Source: Scyliorhinus canicula (lineage: Eukaryota). Taken from it: a DNA stretch of 64,000 nucleotides. The stretch is from NCBI RefSeq assembly GCF_902713615.1, contig NC_052156.1:125465120-125529119 (forward strand), in the 5' to 3' direction. The position numbers were made by a program, and so were the translations under genes. Below the pieces are notes generated by a model, which was not told the origin of the DNA, ran no database searches, and saw nothing but the letters and a program-made list of their open reading frames with translations. Positions 49,160-62,400 of this stretch are shown in pieces (the stretch's first letter is position 1; each line of letters starts with the position of its first letter).

Positions 49160-52056
49160 AGCCGGGAAGGTGATGCGGAGGGGGGTAGAGGTCAATGGGG
49201 ACTTCAGGGACTTTTATGGGGAACTGTACCGGTCGGAGCCCCCGGTGGAGGAGGGTGGAATGGGGCGCTTCCTGGACAGGTTGCGTTTCCCGAGGGTGGA
49301 AGAGGAGCGGGTGGAGGGACTAGGGGCGCCGATCGAGTTGGAGGAGGTTGTCAAAGGGATAGGGAGCATGCAGTCGGGGAAGGCGCCGGGGCCGGACGGG
49401 TTTCCGGCGGAATTCTATAAAAAGTATTTGGACCTGTTGGGCCCCCTGTTGGTCTGGACCTTTAACGAGGCAAGGGGGGGGGGGAGTGGGGGGCTTTGCC
49501 CCCAACTATGTCGCGGGCGCTGATTTCCTTGATCCTGAAGCGGGACAAGGACCCTCTGCAGTGTGGATCATATAGGCCGATTTTGTTGCTGAACGCCGAT
49601 GCTAAGCTGCTGGCAAAGATCCTGGCCACGAGAATAGAGGATTGTGTGCCGGGGGTCATACATGAGGACCAGACGGGGTTTGTGAAGGGAAGGCAGCTGA
49701 ACACAAATGTGCGAAGACTCCTCAATGTCATTATGATGCCGAAGGGAAGGCGGAGATAGTGGTGGCGTTGGACGCGGAGAAGGCCTTCGATAGGGTGGAG
49801 TGGGAGTACTTGTGGGAGGTGTTGGAGAGGTTTGGGTTTGGGGAGGGGTTTATTCGGTGGGTGAGGCTGCTCTACGAGGCCCCGATGGCAAGTATAGCCA
49901 CGAATAGGAGGAGGTCGGAGTACTTTCGGCTGCATCGGGGGACGAGACAGGGGTGCCCCCTGTCCCCCTTGCTCTTCGCGCTGGCAATTGAGCCCCTGGC
50001 CATGGCATTGAGGGAGTCAGGGAACTGGAGGGGCATGGTGCGGGGGGGAGGGGGAGGAGCATCGAGTGTCACTGTACGCGGACGACCTGCTGTTGTATGT
50101 GGCGGACCCGGTGGGGGGGATGCCGGAGGTGATGAGGATCCTTGGGGAATTCGGGGGTTTCTCGGGGTATAAGCTGAACCTGGGCAAGAACGAGGTGTTT
50201 GTGGTGCATCCGGGGGATCAAGAGGAGGGGATTGGTAGGCTCCCACTGAAGCAGGCAGGGAAGAGTTTCAGGTACCTAGGGGTCCAGGTGGCTGGGATTT
50301 GGGGGGCCCTGCACAAGCTCAACCTCACAAGGTTGGTGGAGCAGATGGAGGAGGAGTTTAAGAGGTGGGATATGTTACCGCTGTCACTGGCGGGTGGGGT
50401 GCAGTCCGTCAAGATGACGGTGCTCCCGAGGTTTTTGTTCTTGTTCCAGTGCCTCCCCATCTTTATCCCAAAGGCCTTTTTCAGGAGGGTCAACAGCAGT
50501 ATCACGGGATTTGTGTGGGCGCATGGGACTCCAAGAGTTCGAAGAGTGTTCCTGGAACGAGGCAGGGATGGGGGGGGCTGGCGTTGCCCAACCTCTGGGG
50601 ATACTATGAAATGAAAATCGCTTATTGTCACGAGTAGGCTTCAATGAAGTTACTGTGAAAAGCCCCTAGTCGCCACATTCCGGCGCCTGTCCGGGGAGGC
50701 TGGTACGGGAATCGAACCGTGCTGCTGGCCTGCTTGGTCTGCTTTAAAAGCCAGCGATTTAGCCTTGTGAGCTAAACCAGCCCCTTACTGGGCGGCCAAC
50801 GCAGCGATGGCGTGTAAGTGGGTAATGGGCGAGGAGGGGGCAGCATGGAAGAGGATGGAGGCGGCGTCTTGTGTGGGCACGAGCCTGGAAGCGCTAGTAA
50901 CGGTGCCATTGCCGCTCCCTCCAACGAGGTATACCACGAGCCCGGTGGTGGCGGCTACCCTCAAAATTTGGGGGCAATGGAGACGGCACAGAGGAGAAAT
51001 GGGGGGCTCGATGGAGGCCCCGATACGGGGGAACCATCGGTTCGTCCCAGGGAGCATTGATGGCGGATTTATGGGCTGGCACAGGGCAGGAGTTAGGAGG
51101 TTGAGGGACCTGTTTATGGAGGGGAGGTTCGCGAGCTTGGGGGAGTTAGAGGGGAAGTTTGGGCTCCCCCCGGGGAACATGTTTAGGTACATCCAGGTGA
51201 GGGCGTTTGTCAGGCAGCAGGTGGAGGGGTTCCCCTTGCTGCCTCCACGGGGGGTGCGGGATAGGGTGCTCTCGGGGGTGTGGGTCGGAGGAGGGAGGAT
51301 CTCGGACATATACCGGGTGATGCAGGAGGTAGACGAGGCCTCGGTGGAGGAACTGAAGGGTAAATGGGAAGAGGAGCTGGGTGAGGAGATTGAGGAGGGG
51401 ACATGGGCGGATGCCCTGGAAAGAGTGAATTCCTCCTCTTCCTGTGCGAGGCTTAGCCTCATACAGTTCAAGGTGCTACATAGGGCCCACATGACTGGGA
51501 CAAGGATGAGTAGGTTTTTCGGGGGCGAGGACAGGTGTGCTAGGTGCTCGGGGAGCCCAGCGAACCATGCCCATATGTTTTGGGCGTGCCCAACGTTGGG
51601 GGAGTTTTGGAAGGGGGTAGCAAAGATCGTGTCGAGGGTGGTGGGATCCAGGGTCGAGCCAGGCTGGGGACTCACAATTTTTGGGGTGGCAGTGGAGCCG
51701 GGAGTGCAGGAGGCGATAGAGGCCGGCGTCCCTAGTAGCCCGGCGGAGGATCTTGCTCCAGTGGAAGGATGCGAGGCCCCCAAGCGTGGAGGCCTGGATC
51801 TCAGATATGGCGGTGTTCATTAAATTGGAAAGGGTGAAATTTGCCCTGAGGGGATCAGTACAAGGGTTTTTCAGGCGGTGGCAGCCCTTTCTGGACTTCC
51901 TGGCGGAACGTTGGAAAATAGGCCGACAGCAGCAGCAACCCGGGGGGGGGGGGCATTGTTTACGAGGTATTACCGCGGGTGTACGTTAATAGAGTTATGA
52001 TGTTTATATTTTGTATTTTGTAAAAACTTCAATAAAAATTATTTATAAAAAAAATT
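49160..52056 (+). mobile_element. L1-clade LINE copy B (RT, CCHC, 3' UTR, poly-A) nested in copy A
   Basis: GKAPGPDGF, YRPI.LLN.D.K, DAEKAFD, RQGCPLSP and YADD (50075); AATAAAA and A-tail at ~52031-52054; TSD ATTGCT(G/A)TCAT (49149-49159 / 52057-52067). Confidence 0.93.
50606..50785 (-). mobile_element. Short tRNA-SINE (head A-like, tail X) inserted in L1 copy B
   Basis: GGGGCTGGTTTAGCTCA..GGTTCGATTCCC..TTTTCACAGTAACTTCATT..(TTTCA)n on the minus strand; it interrupts L1 PNLWGY|YWAAN. Confidence 0.9.
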
Positions 52057-53094
52057 ATTGCTATCATTATTGTTACTGTTGCTATTTTATTACGGTTCGT
52101 TGTTATATAAATACAAATTTTTTCAATAAAATTTTTTTATTTTTTTTTTAAAAGAGAACACAATCTACAGCGCAGACGGTTGGGGGAGAAAATCAGATGT
52201 ATTCAAAGACCTGTAAGAAAAATGATTGAGATTTCCTTTTTTTTTGCTTTTTGAAAAAACTGCAGGTTGTCCTGTTATTATCGCACTTCTCAAGCATTGT
52301 TAGGTTACCATACAGAGGCAATCATGCATACAAGTTACAGACACAACGGAGGAAAGCAAAAAAATGAGCAGCAACTCTTCGTCTGAATCAGGTACTGACA
52401 CAAGGCTGCAAAGCACAGAGACACAGACAGACCTTTTGTGAGTGCCAGGCAAATACTGCAAATGCTGAAAATCTGTTCAGCACGCTTAATTTGATTTTAA
52501 TTGACTACAAAACGAGAGAATGTGCCAGACTTCCCCTTTGATTCAGTGAATGCTGTGATTGACAAAACCAATTATGCTTTCAGCCGAGTCGAAGCAATTT
52601 AAAATTCTGCTTGTGCAATGTCTGGCAGCTACTATAATGCAGCTGCTCCAGCAATCCTGAATCAACTATGATATGTTGTGGATAGGTCCGTCCTATCACT
52701 TTAGTCAGTATACTACACTAAACAAGGAATAGCATCAATACAGATTGCGCTGCAATGTCACTTTGTTGGCTGGAGACGTGACCATTTCATGCTGCCATTG
52801 TCCAAATGTTGGATGCAATAATCAATCACTTAATCAGGCCCTTGGAAATATATTAATCGCCAAACTTCTCTGCCACAGAAGGTAACCACAAGCCAATGAG
52901 ATATAAAAGAGCCCCTTCAGATCTTTTCCAACTGTTGTGAAGGTTAAATTGTTGGCCATTTTATATAGAGAGAAGCAGAACTGCTTTTTCACTTTTTGGG
53001 GAGACGGCAATAGAATTTGTTCACCTCAACTGGCGTACCTTGTGGTCTCCACTGAACTCCATTCACCACAGTGAGTTTCTAGTCTCAAATATAG

Positions 53095-53462
53095 ACTGGG
53101 ATTTTATTCCCATGTCCATTGGGGTGGAAATGGTAACGTGGGTGTAAAATCCCACGGGAATAAAAACAAACAAGAATCTCACTGGCGAGATCTTGTGGCC
53201 CGATTGTCCTTGTGCCCTACCCCGCCGCCATTGACCGAACAAGGATAGTTGGGAACCTCATTTAAATAGATTAACCTCTAATTATAGAGTATCCCGCCAT
53301 ATCGTCCCCCCATATTGGGATGTCTCTTCTCTTCCTCCCCCCAGTAAACATGAAGGTACATCGGCGAGGTTTACAAGTTTTTAATACATTGGAACGAGGC
53401 GAAAAGAGTCGTCGGAGCAGAACAGGTGAGTACAGCAGCCAGGTTGAAAGGGTATTGCCCCC
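53095..53462. mobile_element. Left part of an old Harbinger-like element abutting the satellite
   Basis: GACTGGGATTTTA...TAAAATCCC terminal hairpin like the other MITEs; no matching right TIR found. Confidence 0.45.
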
Positions 53463-56400
53463 TGGCAGAGACAGGCCAGTAAGCTACAATATGGCGTGAC
53501 AGGCCAGTGAGCTGCAATATGGCGAGAAAGGACAGCGAGCTGCAATATGGTGAGACAGGCCAGTGAGCTGCAATATGGTGAGATGGGCCAGTGAGCTGTA
53601 ATATGGCGAGAAAGGACAGTGAGCTGCAATATGGCGAGACAGGACAGCGAGCTGCAATATGGCGAGACAGGCTAGCGAGCTGCAATATGGCGAGACACGC
53701 CAGTGAGCGGCAATATGGCGAGACGGGCCAGCGAGCTGCAATATGGCGAGACAGGCCAGTGAGCTGCAATATGGCGAGACAGGCCAGTGAGCTGCAATAT
53801 GGCGAGACAGGCCAGTGAGCTGCAATATGGCGAGACAAGACAGCGAACTGCAATATGGCGAGACAGGCCAGTGAACTGCAATCTGGCGAGACAGGCCAGT
53901 GAGCTGCAATATGGCGAGACAGGCCAGAGAGCTGCAATATGGCGAGACAGGCCAGTGAGCTGCAATATGGCGAGACAGGCCAGTGAGCTGCAATATGGTG
54001 AGACAGGCCAGTGAGCTGCAATATGTGAGACAGGCCAGTGAGCTGCAATATGGCGAGACAGGCCAGTGAGCTGCAATATGGCGAGACAGGCCAGTGAGCT
54101 GCAATATGGCGAGACAGGCCAGTGAGCTGCAATATGGCGAGACAGGACAGCGAGCTGCAATATGGCGAGACAGGGCAGCGAGCTGCAATATGGCGAGACA
54201 GGACAGTGAGCTGCAATATGGCGAGACAGGCCAGTGAGCTGCAATATGGCGAGACAGGCCAGTGAGCTGCAATATGGTGATACAGGCCAGTGAGCTGCAA
54301 TATGGCGAGACAGGACAGCGAGCTGCAATATGGTGAGACAGGACAGTGAGCTGCAATATGGCGAGACAGGACAGTGAGCTGCAATATGGTGAGACAGGCC
54401 AGTGAGCTACAATATGGCGAGACAGGCCAGTGAGCTACAATATGGCGAGACAGGACAGCGAGCTGCAATATGGCGAGACAGGACAGCGAGCTGCAATATG
54501 GCGAGACAGGCCAGTGAGCTGCAATTGGGCGAGACAGGGCAGTGAGCTGCAATATGGCGAGACAGGGCAGTGAGCTGCAATATGGCGAGACAGGGCAGTG
54601 AGCTGCAATATGGCGAGACAGGGCAGTGAGCTGCAATATGGCGAGACAGGGCAGTGAGCTGCAATATGGCGAGACAGGCCAGCGAGCTGCAATATGGCGA
54701 AACAGGCCAGTGAGCTGCAATATGGCGAGACAGGCCAGTGAGCTGCAATATGGCGAAACAGGCCAGTGAGCTGCAATATGGCGAGACAGGCCAGTGAGCT
54801 GCAATATGGCGAGACAGGCCAGTGAGCTGCAATATGGCGAGACAGGCCAGTGAGCTGCAATATGGCGAGACAGGACAGTGAGCTGCAATATGGCGAGACA
54901 GGCCAGCGAGCGAGCTGCAATATGGTGACACAGGCCAGTGAGCTGTAATATGGCGAGACAGGGCAGCGAGCGAGCTGCAATATGGCGAGACAGGACATTG
55001 AGCTGCAAAATGGCGAGACAGGACATTGAGCTGCAATATGGTGAGACAGGCCAGCGAGCTGCAATATGGCGAGACAGGACAGCGAGCTGCAATATGGTGA
55101 GTCAGGCCAGCGGGCGAGCTGCAATATGGCGAGACAGGGCAGTGAGCTGCAATATGGTGAGACAGGACAGCGAGCTGCAATATGGTGAGTCAGGCCAGCG
55201 GGCGAGCTGCAATATGGCGAGACAGGGCAGTGAGCTGCAATATGGTGAGACAGGCCAGCGAGCTGCAATATGGCGAGACAGGGCAGTGAGCTGCAATATG
55301 GTGAGACAGGCCAGCGAGCTGCAATATGGCGAGACAGGGCAGTGAGCTGCAATATGGTGAGACAGGCCAGCGAGCTGCAATATGGCGAGACAGGCCAGTG
55401 AGCTGCAATATGGTGAGACAGGACAGTGAGCTGCAATATGGTGATACAGGCCAGTGAGCTGCAATATGGTGAGACAGGGCAGTGAGCTGCAATATGGCGA
55501 GACAGGCCAGTGAGCTGCAAAATGGCGAGACAGGACAGTGAGCAGCAATATGGCGAGACAGGCCAGTGAGCTGCAATATGGCGAGACAGGACAGTGAGCT
55601 GCAATATGGCGAGACAGGCCAGTGAGCTGCAAAATGGCGAGGCAGGGCAGTGAGCAGCAATATGGCGAGACAGGGCAGTGAGCAGCAATATGGCGAGACA
55701 GGCCAGTGAGCTGCAATATGGTGAGTCAGGACAGCGGGCGAGCTGCAATATGGCGAGACAGGGCAGTGAGCTGCAAAATGGCGAGACAGGACATTGAGCT
55801 GCAATATGGTGAGACAGGCCAGCGAGCTGCAATATGGCGAGACAGGACAGCGAGCTGCAATATGGTGAGTCAGGCCAGCGGGCGAGCTGCAATATGGCGA
55901 GACAGGGCAGTGAGCTGCAATATGGTGAGACAGGACAGCGAGCTGCAATATGGTGAGTCAGGCCAGCGGGCGAGCTGCAATATGGCGAGACAGGGCAGTG
56001 AGCTGCAATATGGTGAGACAGGCCAGCGAGCTGCAATATGGCGAGACAGGGCAGTGAGCTGCAATATGGTGAGACAGGCCAGCGAGCTGCAATATGGCGA
56101 GACAGGGCAGTGAGCTGCAATATGGTGAGACAGGCCAGCGAGCTGCAATATGGCGAGACAGGCCAGTGAGCTGCAATATGGCGAGACAGGACAGTGAGCT
56201 GCAATATGGTGATACAGGCCAGTGAGCTGCAATATGGTGAGACAGGGCAGTGAGCTGCAATATGGCGAGACAGGCCAGTGAGCTGCAAAATGGCGAGACA
56301 GGACAGTGAGCAGCAATATGGCGAGACAGGCCAGTGAGCTGCAATATGGCGAGACAGGACAGTGAGCTGCAATATGGCGAGACAGGCCAGTGAGCTGCAA

Positions 56401-59400
56401 AATGGCGAGGCAGGGCAGTGAGCAGCAATATGGCGAGACAGGGCAGTGAGCAGCAATATGGCGAGACAGGCCAGTGAGCTGCAATATGGTGAGTCAGGAC
56501 AGCGGGCGAGCTGCAATATGGCGAGACAGGGCAGTGAGCTGCAATATGGTGAGACAGGCCAGCGAGCTGCAATATGGCGAGACAGGGCAGTGAGCTGCAA
56601 TATGGTGAGACAGGGCAGTGAGCTGCAATATGGCGAGACAGGCCAGCGAGCTGCAATATGGCGAGACAGGCCAGTGAGCTGCAATATGGTGATACAGGCC
56701 AGTGAGCTGCAATATGGTGAGACAGGGCAGTGAGCTGCAATATGGCGAGACAGGCCAGTGAGCTGCAAAATGGCGAGACAGGACAGTGAGCAGCAATATG
56801 GCGAGACAGGCCTGTGAGCTGCAATATGGCGAGACAGGACAGTGAGCTGCAATATGGCGAGACAGGCCAGTGAGCTGCAAAATGGCGAGGCAGGGCAGTG
56901 AGCAGCAATATGGCGAGACAGGGCAGTGAGCAGCAATATGGCGAGACAGGCCAGCGAGCTGCAATATGGCGAGACAGGCCAGTGAGCTGTAATATGGCGA
57001 GACAGGCCAGTGAGCTGCAATATGGCGAGACAGGACAGTGAGCTGCAATATGACGAGACAGGCCAGTGAGCTGCAATATGGCGAGACAGGCCAGTGAGCT
57101 GCAATATGGCGAGACAGGCCAGTGAGCTGCAATTGGGCGAGACAGGCCAGTGAGCTGCAATATGGTGAGACAGGCCAGTGAGCTGCAATATGGCGAGGCA
57201 GGCCAGTGAGCTGCAATATGGCGAGACAGGCCAGTGAGCTGCAATATGGCGAGACAGGCCAGCGAGCTGCAATATGGCGAGACAGGGCAGTGAGCTGCAA
57301 TATGGTGAGACAGGACAGTGAGCTGCAATATGGCAAGACAGGCCAGTGAGCGGCAATATGGTGATACAGGCCAGTGAGCTGCAATATGGCGAGACAGGCC
57401 AGTGAGCTGCAATATGGCGAAACAGGCCAGTGAGCTGCAATATGGCGAGACAGGCCAGTGAGCTGCAATATGGCGAGACAGGCCAGTGAGCTGCAATATG
57501 GCGAGACAGGCCAGTGAGCTGCAATATGGCGAGACAGGCCAGCGAGCTGTAATATGGCGAGACAGGGCAGCGAGCTGCAATATGGCGAGACAGGACATTG
57601 AGCTGCAAAATGGCGAGACAGGACATTGAGCTGCAATATGGCGAGACAGGGCAGTGAGCTGCAATATGGTGAGACAGGCCAGCGAGCTGCAATATGGGAG
57701 ACAGGGCAGTGAGCTGCAATATGGTGAGACAGGCCAGCGAGCTGCAATATGGCGAGACAGGGCAGTGAGCTGCAATATGGTGAGACAGGCCAGCGAGCTG
57801 CAATATGGCGAGACAGGGCAGTGAGCTGCAATATGGCAAGACAGGCCAGTGAGCTGCAATATGGTGATACAGGCCAGTGAGCTGCAATATGGTGAGACAG
57901 GGCAGTGAGCTGCAATATGGCGAGACAGGACAGTGAGCTGCAATATGGCGAGACAGGCCAGTGAGCTGCAAAATGGCGAGGCAGGGCAGTGAGCAGCAAT
58001 ATGGCGAGACAGGGCAGTGAGCAGCAATATGGCGAGACAGGCCAGCGAGCTGCAATATGGCGAGACAGGGCAGTGAGCTGTAATATGGCGAGACAGGGCA
58101 GTGAGCTGCAATATGGCGAGACAGGGCAGTGAGCTGCAATATGGTGAGACAGGACAGTGAGCTGCAATATGGCGAGACAGGCCAGTGAGCGGCAATATGG
58201 TGATACAGGCCAGTGAGCTGCAATATGGCGAGACAGGCCAGTGAGCTGCAATATGGCGAGACAGGCCAGTGAGCTGCAATATGGCGAGACAGGCCAGCGA
58301 GCTGCAATATGGCGAGACAGGCCAGCGAGCGAGCTGCAATATGGTGAGACAGGCCAGTGAGCTGCAATATGGCGAGACAGGCCAGCGAGCTGCAATATGG
58401 CGAGACAGGCCAGCGAGCGAGCTGCAATATGGTGAGACAGGCCAGTGAGCTGTAATATGGCGAGACAGGCCAGTGAGCTGCAATATGGCGAGACAGGCCA
58501 GCGAGCTGCAATATGGCGAGACAGGCCAGCGAGCTGCAATATGGCGAGACAGGGCAGTGAGCGGCAATATGGTGATACAGGCCAGTGAGCTGCAATATGG
58601 CGAGACAGGGCAGTGAGCTGCAATATGGCGAGACAGGACAGCGAGCTGCAATATGGTGAGACAGGACAGTGAGCTGCAATATGGCGAGACAGGGCAGTGA
58701 GCTGCAATATGGCGAGACAGGCCAGCGAGCTGCAATATGGCGAGACAGGCCAGTGAGCTGCAAAATGGCGAGGCAGGGCAGTGAGCAGCAATATGGCGAG
58801 ACAGGCCAGTGAGCTGCAATATGGCGAGACAGGCCAGTGAGCTGTAATATGGCGAGACAGGCCAGCGAGCTGCAATATGGCGAGACAGGCCAGTGAGCTG
58901 CAATATGGCGAGACAGGCCAGTGAGCTGCAATATGGCGAGACAGGCCAGTGAGCAGCAATATGGCGAGACAAGACAGCGAACTGCAATATGGCGAGACAG
59001 GCCAGCGAGCGAGCTGCAATATGGCGAGACAGGGCAGTGAGCTGCAATATGGTGAGACAGGCCAGTGAGCTGTAATATGGCGAGACAGGCCAGTGAGCAG
59101 CAATATGGCGAGACAGGCCAGTGAGCTGCAATATGGCGAGACAGGCCAGTGAGCTGCAATATGGCGAGACAGGGCAGTGAGCAGCAATATGGCGAGACAG
59201 GCCAGCGAGCGAGCTGCAATATGGCGAAACAGGCCAGTGAGCTGCAAAATGGCGAGACAGGACAGTGAGCTGCAATATGGCGAGACAGGCCGGTGAGCTG
59301 CAATATGGCGAGACAGGCCAGTGAGCTGCAATATGGCGAGACAGGTCAGTGAGCTGCAATATGGCGAGACAGGACAGTGAGCTGCAATATGGCGAGACAG

Positions 59401-62400
59401 GACAGTGAGCTGCAATATGGCGAGACAGGACAGTGAGCTGCAATATGGCGAGACAGGCCAGCGAGCGAGCTGCAATATGGCGAGACAGGTCAGTGAGCTG
59501 CAATATGGCGAGACAGGACATTGAGCTGCAAAATGGCGAGACAGGACATTGAGCTGCAATATGGCGAGACAGGGCAGCGAGCTGCAATATGGTGAGTCAG
59601 GCCAGCGGGCGAGCTGCAATATGGCGAGACAGGGCAGTGAGCTGCAATATGGTGAGACAGGCCAGCGAGCTGCAATATGGCGAGACAGGGCAGTGAGCTG
59701 CAATATGGCGAGACAGGCCAGTGAGCTGCAATATGGTGATACAGGCCAGTGAGCTGTAATATGGCGAGACAGGCCAGTGAGCTGCAATATGGCGAGACAG
59801 GCCAGTGAGCTGCAATATGGCGAGACAGGGCAGAGAGCTGCAATATGGCGAGACAGGCCAGCGAGCTGCAATATGGCGAGACAGGACAGTGAGCAGCAAT
59901 ATGGCGAGACAGGCCAGTGAGCTGCAATATGGCGAGACAGGCCAGTGAGCTGTAATATGGCGAGACAGGCCAGCGAGCTGCAATATGGCGAGACAGGCCA
60001 GTGAGCTGCAATATGGCGAGACAGGCCAGCGAGCTGCAATATGGCGAGACAGGGCAGTGAGCTGCAATATGGCGAGACAGGCCAGTGAGCTGCAATATGG
60101 CGAGACAGGCCAGTGAGCTGCAAAATGGCGAGGCAGGGCAGTGAGCAGCAATATGGCGAGACAGGGCAGTGAGCTGCAATATGGTGAGACAGGCCAGCGA
60201 GCTGCAATATGGCGAGACAGGGCAGTGAGCTGCAATATGGCGAGACAGGCCAGTGAGCTGCAATATGGTGATACAGGCCAGTGAGCTGTAATATGGCGAG
60301 ACAGGCCAGTGAGCTGCAATATGGCGAGACAGGGCAGTGAGCTGCAATATGGCGAGACAGGACAGTGAGCTGCAATATGGCGAGACAGGCCAGCGAGCTG
60401 CAATATGGCGAGACAGGCCAGTGAGCTGCAACATGGCGAGACAGGACAGTGAGCTGCAATATGGTGAGACAGGACAGTGAGCTGCAATATGGCGAGACAG
60501 GCCAGTGAGCTGCAATATGGCGAGACAGGCCAGCGAGCTGCAATATGGCGAGACAGGACAGTGAGCTGCAATATGGCGAGACAGGCCAGTGAGCTGCAAT
60601 ATGGCGAGACAGGACAGTGAGCTGCAATATGGCGAGACAGGCCAGCGAGCTGCAATATGGCGAGACAGGTCAGTGAGCTGCAATATGGCGAAACAGGCCA
60701 GCGAGCTGCACTATGGCGAGACAGGGCAGTGAGCTACAATATGGTGATACAGGCCAGCGAGCTGCAATATGGCGAGACAGGCCAGCGAGCTGCAATATGG
60801 TGAGACAGGCCAGCGAGCTGCAATATGGCGAGACAGGGCAGTGAGCTGCAATATGGCAAGACAGGCCAGTGAGCTGCAATATGGTGATACAGGCCAGTGA
60901 GCTGCAATATGGTGAGACAGGGCAGTGAGCTGCAATATGGCGAGACAGGCCAGTGAGCTGCAAAATGGCGAGACAGGACAGTGAGCAGCAATATGGCGAG
61001 ACAGGACAGTGAGCTGCAATATGGCGAGACAGGCCAGTGAGCTGCAATATGGTGATACAGGCCAGTGAGCTGCAATATGGTGAGACAGGGCAGTGAGCTG
61101 CAATATGGCGAGACAGGGCAGTGAGCTGCAATATGGCGAGGCAGGGCAGTGAGCAGCAATATGGCGAGACAGGGCAGTGAGCTGCAATATGGCAAGACAG
61201 GCCAGTGAGCTGCAATATGGTGAGACAGGCCAGCGAGCTGCAATATGGCGAGACAGGGCAGTGAGCTGCAATATGGCGAGACAGGCCAGTGAGCTGCAAT
61301 ATGGTGATACAGGCCAGTGAGCTGTAATATGGCGAGACAGGCCAGTGAGCTGCAATATGGCGAGACAGGGCAGAGAGCTGCAATATGGCGAGACAGGCCA
61401 GCGAGCTGCAATATGGCGAGACAGGACAGTGAGCTGCAATATGGTGAGACAGGCCAGCGAGCTGCAATATGGCGAGACAGGGCAGTGAGCTGCAATATGG
61501 CGAGACAGGCCAGTGAGCTGCAATATGGTGATACAGGCCAGTGAGCTGTAATATGGCGAGACAGGCCAGTGAGCTGCAATATGGCGAGACAGGCCAGTGA
61601 GCTGCAATATGGCGAGACAGGGCAGAGAGCTGCAATATGGCGAGACAGGCCAGCGAGCTGCAATATGGCGAGACAGGGCAGTGAGCTGCAATATGGCGAG
61701 ACAGGCCAGCGAGCTGCAATATGGCGAGACAGGGCAGTGAGCTGCAATATGGCAAGACAGGACAGTGAGCTGCAATATGGCGAGACAGGCCAGCGAGCTG
61801 CAATATGGTGAGACAGGCCAGTGAGCTGCAATATGGCGAGGCAGGGCAGTGAGCAGCAATATGGCGAGACAGGGCAGAGAGCTGCAATATGGCGAGACAG
61901 GCCAGTGAGCTGCAATATGGTGAGACAGGCCAGCGAGCTGCAATATGGCGAGACAGGGCAGTGAGCTGCAATATGGCAAGACAGGCCAGTGAGCTGCAAT
62001 ATGGTGATACAGGCCAGTGAGCTGCAATATGGTGAGACAGGCCAGCGAGCTGCAATATGGCGAGACAGGGCAGTGAGCTGCAATATGGCAAGACAGGCCA
62101 GTGAGCTGCAATATGGTGATACAGGCCAGTGAGCTGCAATATGGTGAGACAGGGCAGTGAGCTGCAAAATGGCGAGACAGGACAGTGAGCAGCAATATGG
62201 CGAGACAGGCCAGTGAGCTGCAATATGGTGATACAGGCCAGTGAGCCGCAATATGGCGAGACAGGCCAGTGAGCTGCAATATGGTGAGACAGGGCAGTGA
62301 GCTGCAATATGGCGAGACAGGCCAGTAAGCTGCAATATGGTGAGACAGGGCAGTGAGCTGCAATATGGCGAGACAGGGCAGTGAGCTGCAATATGGCGAG

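Larger units (their letters stand above)
47863..52153 (+). mobile_element. L1-clade LINE copy A (5'-truncated ORF2 C-terminus plus 3' UTR), host of copy B
   Basis: Perfect 15-bp TSD GAGAACACAATCTAC (47848-47862 / 52154-52168); CCHC motif CARCSGSPANHAHMFWAC; the 3' UTR resumes after ~52057 with AATAAAA. Confidence 0.92.

Noticed and set aside
782-50785. tRNA genes suggested by A/B boxes
   Set aside because: All are SINE heads continuing into SINE bodies; none forms a complete cloverleaf followed by a terminator.
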